Counted from the first letter of the stretch, positions 10,920 through 18,531 are shown. The stretch: 32,000 nucleotides of DNA from Nitrosopumilus sp. (GCA_029864235.1 JAOTTW010000001.1:85099-117098), one strand, 5' to 3'. The notes: generated from the letters alone by a model not told the origin. A program made the numbers and translations.

Positions 10920-11282
10920 ATGTCAGACATTGAAAAATCTAATTTTAATAATATTATAAAGAAAATTATCAAAAAATCATTGTTTACTGAACGACAAATT
11001 GAAATTATTTTAAATCAGAAGGATCTTCTAGGATTTAAATTTAGTATTACAAAAGGTGCCTATTACAGGCAAGTTAGTCAGTCTAGAGAGAAATTAATTG
11101 CATTATTCTATTCAATAATATTATTACGTGGTTTAGGCATACTTTTACCTGATGATATTGATGTGATGTCCAAGCTTTCTGAGCAGATTAGTGTGATAAA
11201 TAGGAGTGATATTTTTCCTGAAAGGGAAGACGAGGTCATTACTGTGATTGATAGATTAATTCGTCAGGCATGTAATATGTGA
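10920..11282 (+). CDS. Small putative helix-turn-helix protein
   Basis: LFTERQIEIILNQ...SITKGAYYRQVSQSREKL resembles a sigma-70-region-4/LuxR-type HTH (LTxRQxEVL...S..TV......KL). No search was run. Confidence 0.4.
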   Translation: MSDIEKSNFNNIIKKIIKKSLFTERQIEIILNQKDLLGFKFSITKGAYYRQVSQSREKLIALFYSIILLRGLGILLPDDIDVMSKLSEQISVINRSDIFPEREDEVITVIDRLIRQACNM

Positions 11283-11409
11283 TATCAGCAGTAGTTGATG
11301 TAATGTTATCCGAATTAAATTTGTGATAAAATATGTGAGTTTGTTAATCTAAAATGTAAAATAATATTGTTCAATCACGATAAATCACGAGTTAGGCATA
11401 AAGTTTGTG

Positions 11410-12009
11410 ATGTTAATTGAAATTCCTGACATTGAAGTGATTTTGAGTATAATCTTAGCATTTATTGCAGGATTAGGAGGCTTGTATGTGTTCTATAAGG
11501 TACGTCCATTTGTTAAAACAACTCACATGGAAGACTCATCACATGCAGAACGTCTAGAATATTATGAAAGACAGTTAATTGACATGAAAATACGCTTAGA
11601 TGCTATTGAATTACAAGGTATTGAATCAAAGACGGAGGATTCAAATGTTGAATTAAAGCATTTTTTAGAAAAACTTGCAAAAGCTCAAGGTGAAAAAATC
11701 ATAACTAAGCCAGAAATTCAACCTACAGAGATACAACAAGAATCAAGAAGAGTTAAAAACATATCTAAAATTGATCCAAATGACATCACAGAACATGTAT
11801 TACACTTAATCACAGATAAAGCTATGACATCACGTGACATTCAGAAGGCTTTGAATCGTAGTAGAGAGCATACTTCTAGATTTATGAAAAAATTATTTGA
11901 AGATGGTTTAGTTGAACGAAATATAAAAACTAAGCCATATACTTATTTGATTACAAAAAAGGGATTGGAAAGAACTAGAACAGTTCAGTCAAGTTCTACA
12001 CTTGTATAA
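11410..12009 (+). CDS. Membrane-anchored winged-helix (MarR/ArsR-like) putative transcription regulator
   Basis: N-terminal TM helix (ILSIILAFIAGLGGLYVFYKV), a coiled-coil-like segment, and a C-terminal wHTH-like segment HVLHLITDKAMTSRDIQKALNRSREHTSRFMKKLFEDGLVERNIKTKPYTYLITKKG. The ATG at 11410 is preferred over the track GTG at 11407. Confidence 0.55.
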   Translation: MLIEIPDIEVILSIILAFIAGLGGLYVFYKVRPFVKTTHMEDSSHAERLEYYERQLIDMKIRLDAIELQGIESKTEDSNVELKHFLEKLAKAQGEKIITKPEIQPTEIQQESRRVKNISKIDPNDITEHVLHLITDKAMTSRDIQKALNRSREHTSRFMKKLFEDGLVERNIKTKPYTYLITKKGLERTRTVQSSSTLV

Positions 12010-12138
12010 CAATCATTTCAAAAATTGAAACTAATAATAGAAATCTTTTGTAATGATTGTTAAAAATACATAAATTATTATTAATTATGAAATCTATATT
12101 TTAATAATTTATATATATTATTAATATATAATTATAAT

Positions 12139-12300
12139 ATGTCTGTTCAAGAAAATGAAGTATTAGTAAAAATCACTTCTGCAGGTACAATTTCAATTCC
12201 TAAACAATTCCGTAAGTATATGGATATTCAAAAAGGTGAATATGTTAAAGTTATTCTAGGTAAGGATAGGTTAATTGTACGTAAAATAATGATTACTTGA
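12139..12300 (+). CDS. AbrB/SpoVT-family (swapped-hairpin) small DNA-binding protein, 53 aa
   Basis: Below the ORF-track size cutoff. Manual translation: MSVQENEVLVKITSAGTISIPKQFRKYMDIQKGEYVKVILGKDRLIVRKIMIT*. The G.I.IPK..R....I..GD.V pattern is the AbrB/MazE/SpoVT signature. Confidence 0.65.
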   Translation: MSVQENEVLVKITSAGTISIPKQFRKYMDIQKGEYVKVILGKDRLIVRKIMIT

Positions 12301-12305
12301 TAAAA

Positions 12306-12692
12306 TTATCTTTGTTTTTGACCAATTTTTATGGTTTGATATGTCCATTCTCGGCCTGTTCTCATTCTGTCAATCCTGCCTTTTTGTGTAAATCTAGACA
12401 GGTATGTGGAGATTATGCTTAGTTTTACTGGTTCATTGTATTCATCCTCAAATTTTTCAAGAATATTTGTTGAGGTAAACTTACCCATTGGAAAGAATTT
12501 ATCTATAATATACCAAATTTTGGCACCTATGGAATCCATATGGTTTGTTTCTTGTTCCTCTTCAATGTTCATCAAATCCATCATTTCGAATATTTTTAGG
12601 ACCTTTTCTCTAGTAACATTACCTTCTAATTTGATGTCATATCGGGCTCCGTCTGAATCTTCCATATCTATACGAATACGTTTTTTAGCCAT
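12306..12692 (-). CDS. Hypothetical protein with C-terminal winged-helix-like segment
   Basis: 128 aa. C-terminal FTSTNILEKFEDEYNEPVKLSIISTYLSRFTQKGRIDRMRTGREWTY looks like helix-turn-helix plus wing. Its promoter faces the putative origin region. Confidence 0.45.
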   Translation of the reverse strand: MAKKRIRIDMEDSDGARYDIKLEGNVTREKVLKIFEMMDLMNIEEEQETNHMDSIGAKIWYIIDKFFPMGKFTSTNILEKFEDEYNEPVKLSIISTYLSRFTQKGRIDRMRTGREWTYQTIKIGQKQR

Positions 12693-12852
12693 CTTTAAGA
12701 TCTAAAAGAATCAAATGTTAACAGTTCAATGGATCCAAGAATATTTGTTAACTAAATAGTTTGTTAACGTTGACTGCATAATTTACGCCTAGCCTAAATT
12801 TTGTTATTAACAGTTAGTCAATTATTATTCTCTAAATTAGGGCATTTATCAT

Positions 12853-12875
12853 GCCTGGAATGGAAATGAAGGGGT
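12853..12875 (+). repeat. ORB-like origin recognition box, copy 1 (gcctggaatggaaatgaaggggt)
   Basis: Identical to 12915-12937. Contains TGGAAATGAA followed by a GGGG run, as in archaeal ORB elements (recalled consensus TCCAgTGGAAAtGAA...GGGG). Confidence 0.7.
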
Positions 12876-12914
12876 TTGTTTGTGGTTATTAACATTGTTA
12901 ACATCAATCTTAAC

Positions 12915-12937
12915 GCCTGGAATGGAAATGAAGGGGT
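12915..12937 (+). repeat. ORB-like origin recognition box, copy 2
   Basis: Perfect 23/23 direct repeat of 12853-12875, offset by 62 bp. Confidence 0.7.
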
Positions 12938-13179
12938 CAAATTGGCCTTTTTGACTTTTTTCTTAACATGGAATTAACAAAATGTTAATTAAAAAATTAA
13001 AAATAAACCCACACACCAATATTTCCACTCTCTTTTTTATTATTTTTTATTTTTGAGAAATCTAATATCTAACTAAAAATAATTAATTACAAACTAAACT
13101 AGAGTTAGTATTCTATTCTAAACTCTCCTAATTTAGATATGAATATGAAAATAACTAGTGGAAGTAAAGGTGTGTGACT

Positions 13180-14382
13180 ATGTCAGATCCAATAGATAGA
13201 TTACTCGATGCAGCTGAATACGGAAAATCAATTATAAAAAATAGAGAAATTCTCCATTTTACCTATATTCCAGATATTATTCAACATAGAACAAACGAAC
13301 AAGAACAAGTAACCCAATCCCTCTTACCTATTCTAAAACAATCAAGACCATCCAATCTTCTAGTTTATGGAAAACCAGGTACAGGAAAAACTCTAGTTGT
13401 AAAAAAGGTTATTTCTAAAATACAAGAAAGAGTAAAAAAATCCAATTTTCCAATTAAAGTAGTTTATTCAAACTCAAAAGAAGAGACTACACTATATGGT
13501 TTGTTAGTAAGTTTTGGAAGACAAGTAGGTCTAATAGAAAAAGAATTACCATCTACTGGTCTAGCAATAAGTGAGGTCTTTAAAAGAATATTAAATAAAA
13601 TTGATAAAAACAGAATTAACGCTATTTTTGTAATTGATGAGATTGATTATCTCGCTGAACTGGTATCAAAAACAGGAAAGGATATTTTATATCAACTAAC
13701 ACGAGCAAATGAGAGATTAAAACAAGGCTCTTTAACATTGGTAGGAATATCCAATGACCTTACATTTAAGGAAAAACTAGATCCTCGAGTTATTAGTAGC
13801 CTAGGTGAAGAAGAGATTGTTTTTACAAATTATAATGTTGAACAAATTAAAAAAATACTTGAAGAACGAATAAAGGATGCCTTTATTCCAGATTCAGTTG
13901 AAGAACCTGCACTCAATCTTTGTGCAGCATTAGCAGGAGGTGAACATGGTGATGCGAGAAGAGCCATTGATCTGATTCGTGTTGCAGGAGAACTCGCTGA
14001 AAGACAACAATTAGACAAGGTCACAAAAGATCATGTGAGAGAAGCTTCACTAAAAATTGAGGAAAACAAAGAAGAAACATCCCTAAAATCATACCCATTA
14101 CATGAAAAGCTAGTTATACTTGCAATAATGAAGGCTTCTGGTTCATCTACAGGAGAAATATATTCTTCATATAAGGGGTTATGTAAAATAGTTGGAAGAG
14201 ATGAACTTACTCAAAGGAGGATTACTCAAATGCTCAGTGAGATTGAATTATCTGGTATTATTACAGGAAGACTAGTTCATCAAGGAATTCACGGTAGAAC
14301 CAAAAAGTATAAGCTAACAATTCCACCTGAAATGATCAAAAAAACATTCAAGGATGACCTAACTTTGCAAGACATTATCTAA
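13180..14382 (+). CDS. cdc6: Orc1/Cdc6 replication initiator
   Basis: AAA+ Walker A YGKPGTGKT, Walker B FVIDEIDYL, sensor region, GDARRAIDLIR and a C-terminal winged helix. The ATG at 13180 (MSDPIDRLL) is preferred to the track GTG at 13174. Confidence 0.95.
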   Translation: MSDPIDRLLDAAEYGKSIIKNREILHFTYIPDIIQHRTNEQEQVTQSLLPILKQSRPSNLLVYGKPGTGKTLVVKKVISKIQERVKKSNFPIKVVYSNSKEETTLYGLLVSFGRQVGLIEKELPSTGLAISEVFKRILNKIDKNRINAIFVIDEIDYLAELVSKTGKDILYQLTRANERLKQGSLTLVGISNDLTFKEKLDPRVISSLGEEEIVFTNYNVEQIKKILEERIKDAFIPDSVEEPALNLCAALAGGEHGDARRAIDLIRVAGELAERQQLDKVTKDHVREASLKIEENKEETSLKSYPLHEKLVILAIMKASGSSTGEIYSSYKGLCKIVGRDELTQRRITQMLSEIELSGIITGRLVHQGIHGRTKKYKLTIPPEMIKKTFKDDLTLQDII

Positions 14383-15810
14383 ATTAGAATTATAATTTTC
14401 ATGGAAAACTTGAAAAGTTTTCAAATTTACCATCAAAGCAATTCCTGGATTTGGAGTCATTCCAACACTTGCCTGAAACGGAGTTTGTTTTTGCCAAGAG
14501 CCAGAATTTACCAAAAGAATTCCCTTGTACATATCTAATTGAGCTCTATGGACATGACCTACATGGAAAATATCTGGAATTTCATCAATTACCATAAGAT
14601 CTTCTATTTCTGGTGCAATTGGTGTTTGGCTACCATATATTGGACTAAGATGTCTTGCTCTTAAGAGATGTTTCATAACATTCACAGGATTATCATAACT
14701 TAGGCCCGGCGTAGTCTTTACAATATCGTCTATACTCTGACCATGAAACATCATTACCTTAACACCATTTAGAGAAACTATTGCAGGATTTCCTACCATG
14801 AAAACATTTTCCCGGTTCCATAAATTAGAATTATATTTTTTTGGAATTGCTGGTTGAGGAAGTGCTCTACGTCCAGGATCATGATTTCCAGGCATAATGA
14901 ATATTTTGACATATTTTGGAATTTTATCTAACAATTCCTCAAATTTTTTTAATTGTTCTTCTATAGTCTTACAAACTAATTCCTTATCCTGATTAGGATA
15001 GATTCCTACACCATCAACAACATCACCCCCAATCAATACAAACCGAATCTTTCTAGCCACCGGATCAGGACTTGATAACCATACAATAAACTCTGTAAAT
15101 TCCTCTTCCATGAAGTATTTACTACCAATATGAAGATCTGACAAAAATACAACATAAGCCTCAGTCTCAGATCTATTTGTAGCCTGATCAGGAATATCAG
15201 GCAAAATTAAATCCTTTATAATAAATCCTGCATTCTTTCCTATACTTACTCTTGCCATAACAAACTGATCACTTAGCAATACCCCTGCAGTTTTTTGCAG
15301 TTCCCCATCAAACACAACACCCTCAAAAATACCAGAAGGATCCTCTAAAACCAATTTTGTGACATTTCTCTCAGTATTTCTTGAAGTAACCAATCCACAT
15401 ACATACATATCATCTTCTAATTTTGCTGTCTTAACAGATGAAATTGATTTGATCATTCTAGATTCAGGCCTGTCAGAAATGATTCTTTTAAGCTTCTTGA
15501 AGCGACTAGAAAACAATGCGTTGTATCCTTTTACCCCTTCACCAGTAGTAATCCTTGATGTAGGATCAAATACTATTTTATGACTATTTTGTAAAGTCCG
15601 ATCCTCTTTTATCCCCAAATAGGTTTCAAGGTCATCTTGATTAATCTGAAATAATCTTTGTTTGAGTTTTTCTCTTACAATTTCCTTAATAACTTTTTCA
15701 AGTTTTTTCACATCAACATTTTCTAAAATTTTAAATGCATCAGGATGAATCTGAAAACCCTTATTCAAAGCATAATCCAAGGCAAAGGTTAGTTCCTTTT
15801 TCAACACCAA
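14359..15810 (-). CDS. DNA polymerase II (PolD) small subunit DP1 (Mre11-like phosphoesterase/exonuclease)
   Basis: Calcineurin-like phosphoesterase motifs (FLSDLHIGS, GGDVVDG, PGNHDP, HVGHVH) preceded by an OB-like region. There is no in-frame ATG near the N-terminus, so candidates are TTG 15810, GTG 15807 or TTG 15804. The 3' end overlaps orc1/cdc6 by 24 bp. Confidence 0.9.
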   Translation of the reverse strand: MVLKKELTFALDYALNKGFQIHPDAFKILENVDVKKLEKVIKEIVREKLKQRLFQINQDDLETYLGIKEDRTLQNSHKIVFDPTSRITTGEGVKGYNALFSSRFKKLKRIISDRPESRMIKSISSVKTAKLEDDMYVCGLVTSRNTERNVTKLVLEDPSGIFEGVVFDGELQKTAGVLLSDQFVMARVSIGKNAGFIIKDLILPDIPDQATNRSETEAYVVFLSDLHIGSKYFMEEEFTEFIVWLSSPDPVARKIRFVLIGGDVVDGVGIYPNQDKELVCKTIEEQLKKFEELLDKIPKYVKIFIMPGNHDPGRRALPQPAIPKKYNSNLWNRENVFMVGNPAIVSLNGVKVMMFHGQSIDDIVKTTPGLSYDNPVNVMKHLLRARHLSPIYGSQTPIAPEIEDLMVIDEIPDIFHVGHVHRAQLDMYKGILLVNSGSWQKQTPFQASVGMTPNPGIALMVNLKTFQVFHENYNSNLDNVLQS

Positions 15811-15884
15811 AAAATATTATATGGTTTAATTAAATCTGCGCCTATACTACGAAGCCTCAAATATTGTATTAAGCAAAACACAAT

Positions 15885-16421
15885 ATGTATAAAATTAGAA
15901 TAATTACATTCTTTGTTTTTATGGTATTATTTTCAACTGCGTATCAATTAGGTTCTATGTCTGAGGTTTCTGATGAAGAAGCAAAAACTTTCATGACTGA
16001 ATTTAAAAAACTAGTAGAAAACATTGATGCTATTGGCATATTTCTTCATAATATCACTATCTCTCTACCAATGTTTATTCCTGGATTTGGAGTTGCCTGG
16101 GGATTATTTTCAGCTTGGTCTACGGGATTTGCATTTTCAGCAATAGTCTCAATAACCCCTCAATTAGAAGAAATTCCACCACTTGCAATTCTTTACCTTT
16201 CTCCATTTGGAATCATGGAACTTATTGCCTATTCCTTGGCAACATCTAGAAGTTTTATTCTAATTAGAGCAATAAGTAAAAAAAACCACCTGCTTCGATT
16301 TCTAAAACCAACAGGAATAGAAATTGGAATTGTAATTGGCCTTCTTTTAACTGGTGGATATTTAGAAGATTATATGATTAAACTTGCAAGTGAGCAAGGT
16401 CTCCAAATATCAGGTTTCTGA
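15885..16421 (+). CDS. Polytopic membrane protein, SpoIIM/DUF95-like (tentative)
   Basis: 178 aa with 4-5 TM segments. IFLHNITISLPMFIPGFGVAWGLFSAWSTGF resembles the SpoIIM-family core. No search was run. Confidence 0.45.
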   Translation: MYKIRIITFFVFMVLFSTAYQLGSMSEVSDEEAKTFMTEFKKLVENIDAIGIFLHNITISLPMFIPGFGVAWGLFSAWSTGFAFSAIVSITPQLEEIPPLAILYLSPFGIMELIAYSLATSRSFILIRAISKKNHLLRFLKPTGIEIGIVIGLLLTGGYLEDYMIKLASEQGLQISGF

Positions 16422-16558
16422 TCTTTAAAATTAAAAATTTGTCTAATGTTTCCAAATTACCTAATTACGTAAAGAATAATGACCAAAAGAACTATTGAAT
16501 CTTAATGAGCTATGACCTAACATACTGATATAATATATGACAATTCTAACAGATTCAT

Positions 16559-17380
16559 ATGGGAATTTTGTTCTCTGTTCTATCTTGGAATGTAAAACAT
16601 TTTAAATTAAAAAATAGCGATACAAAATCTATTTTAAAACACATTAACAAATTCAAACCTGATATTTTTGCAATTTATGAAGTAACTGGAAAACATGTAT
16701 ACGATTTTATGATGGATAATTTTCCAGATCATAGTTTTCATATTACGGAAGGAAAACAATCCCAAGAAATTCTTGTGGGTACTCATAAAAAATTACATGC
16801 CTTTACTACCCAAAGAACTGAATTTAACAGAACCAATACATATCTTCGACCTGGGACTCTTACTACACTAAAAATCAACAATCAGAACTATTCTCTTTTG
16901 TTTCTTCATACAAAAAGCCATAAAACTCCCATAGGTTTTGGAACTAGAGACGATCAACTCAAAAAAGCATTAAATCTTAAAGCAAAATTAGATAAAAAAA
17001 CTGGTGGAAAGAACAAAGCAAAATTCATCATTATAGGAGATCTTAACACAATGGGAATGGATTATCTCTTTAACAAAAATATTCAGACAGAATATGAACT
17101 AAAAAAATTAGCAAAACAAGCAGCTAATCGAGGAATGAAGATTTTAGAAAAAAATTATGATTATACTTGGACTAACGGAAATAAAATGTTTGGAAACTTA
17201 GATCATGTACTAGCAAGTAATCATATTGATTTTACTATTTTTTCAAACAAATCAAAGATTCAGGTTTCAGGATGGAGGGAATTCCTTGATAATACACAAT
17301 CGCCAAAAAATTCACAATTTACTAATTTTGTTAAAAAAATATCAGATCATAACGCATTATATTTTGAAGTTAAAGACTAA
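16559..17380 (+). CDS. Endonuclease/exonuclease/phosphatase (EEP, DNase I-like) family protein
   Basis: Ordered EEP motifs: SWNVKHF (N-terminal Asn), FAIYEV (Glu), LFLHTKS, IIIGDLNT, LDHVL and a C-terminal SDHNALYFEV catalytic His. No signal peptide. Confidence 0.8.
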   Translation: MGILFSVLSWNVKHFKLKNSDTKSILKHINKFKPDIFAIYEVTGKHVYDFMMDNFPDHSFHITEGKQSQEILVGTHKKLHAFTTQRTEFNRTNTYLRPGTLTTLKINNQNYSLLFLHTKSHKTPIGFGTRDDQLKKALNLKAKLDKKTGGKNKAKFIIIGDLNTMGMDYLFNKNIQTEYELKKLAKQAANRGMKILEKNYDYTWTNGNKMFGNLDHVLASNHIDFTIFSNKSKIQVSGWREFLDNTQSPKNSQFTNFVKKISDHNALYFEVKD

Positions 17381-17402
17381 CTTTAATTCAAATATTAGAA
17401 AC

Positions 17403-17422
17403 ATCTGATATTATCAGATTTT
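17403..17422 (+). terminator. Hairpin plus T-run 23 nt after the EEP gene stop
   Basis: atctgata-t-tatcagat forms a perfect 8-bp stem (17403-17410 / 17412-17419), followed by ttt. Confidence 0.35.
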
Positions 17423-17631
17423 ACAATACATCAAAACATTAAGAATATATTTTTAATTAATTAAAAATCAACATAATTTACGAACACTAACTTTTATCTA
17501 ATACACAATCGCCAAAAACTCAACATATAAAATGGTGAATCTTACCAAAAAATTCTGTCTAGATATCCTACATATTACATCTAAAAAAATTTAATAGTAA
17601 ATTATAAACTGAATTAGAGTAAAAAACCTAT

Positions 17632-18531
17632 ATGAAAAACTTGATAGGATTATTTGCACTACTTGTAATTTTATCAGGATTCTCATTTTTAGATGTGTTT
17701 AGTGAAATTATGCCAAATAATGCTTTAATTTTAGAAGGTTCGGGATTTGCGGTAACTGAAGAAATTATCCGAATTTCTGAAATTGATCTAGCAATGTCTA
17801 CTAAACAACAAAGTGGGAGCACCATTAGCTCTACAGTAGAAGATGGATTTATCACTTTAGATGATGATGATTTTCTTGCTACAGAATTACAAGCTACATT
17901 TTTGCGAGAAGGAAAATACATTAGAATTAATGGAAATGTTGAAAATGAATTAGGAGATAATACATCAATTAGATTTTTTGGAAAACTAGTAGAAGAAAGT
18001 AAATCTGCCTCAGTTTATAGTTTTACTGGAAGAATAACAACTGGAAGTGATTCCTATAAGATTATTTACACTGCAAAACTTTCTACCTTGTCAAAAATTG
18101 AATCTATTCCCACAAAATCTGAAATACCAGATAAACAATTAACAATCCATATTCTTAGAGGTTCGTCATCTCAAGGAGTGGCTAGTAGTTACATAGGAGA
18201 TGCTTCTGCTTCATTTAGTCTAAAATATTTTTCACAAGATAGAATCTCAATTAACCCAGGAACCACCATTACTATAATTAATGACGATATTGTTTCTCAT
18301 AGCATTCTAAGTGGAAAAGAAAACTATGGAGATCGTTATAATCAATTTACTCCAGATAATAGAATATCAACAGGAAAAATATTACCTGGAAAATCAGTTA
18401 CAATAAAATTCAATGAAGCAGGATTTTATAGACTATATGACCCTGAATACCAATGGATGAAAATCATAGCATATGTCTTTCCAAATATAGACAATATTAT
18501 TTTAGGTCAAAGTAAAAACTTGGGCAATTAG
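17632..18531 (+). CDS. Secreted protein with C-terminal degenerate cupredoxin (plastocyanin/amicyanin-like) domain
   Basis: N-terminal signal/TM segment (LIGLFALLVILSGFSF). The C-terminal ISINPGTTITIINDDIVSHSILSG...PGKSVTIKFNEAGFYRLYDPEYQWMKIIAYV aligns with the blue-copper pattern V.W.N.D...H.V.SG...G.Y.Y.C..HPWM.G.I.V, but Cys and the second His are replaced. Confidence 0.6.
   Translation: MKNLIGLFALLVILSGFSFLDVFSEIMPNNALILEGSGFAVTEEIIRISEIDLAMSTKQQSGSTISSTVEDGFITLDDDDFLATELQATFLREGKYIRINGNVENELGDNTSIRFFGKLVEESKSASVYSFTGRITTGSDSYKIIYTAKLSTLSKIESIPTKSEIPDKQLTIHILRGSSSQGVASSYIGDASASFSLKYFSQDRISINPGTTITIINDDIVSHSILSGKENYGDRYNQFTPDNRISTGKILPGKSVTIKFNEAGFYRLYDPEYQWMKIIAYVFPNIDNIILGQSKNLGN

Larger units (their letters stand above)
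12693..13179. other. Putative chromosomal replication origin (oriC) region upstream of orc1/cdc6
   Basis: A 487-bp non-coding gap, the largest in the window. Contains two identical ORB-like 23-mers, a TGTTAAC cluster and long AT-rich tracts (about 12975-13130). Flanked by orc1/cdc6 and PolD genes. Confidence 0.7.

Noticed and set aside
12139-12692. AbrB-like ORF plus neighbouring 128-aa gene as a toxin-antitoxin pair
   Set aside because: The genes are convergent rather than co-transcribed. The 128-aa protein shows no PIN, MazF or other toxin-like motif and looks like a winged-helix protein.
17290-17518. 20-bp direct repeats as att sites of an integrated mobile element
   Set aside because: Only 189 bp lie between the copies. 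There is no integrase, transposase or terminal inverted repeat, and the interval encodes the essential catalytic end of the EEP gene. It is kept only as a rearrangement scar.
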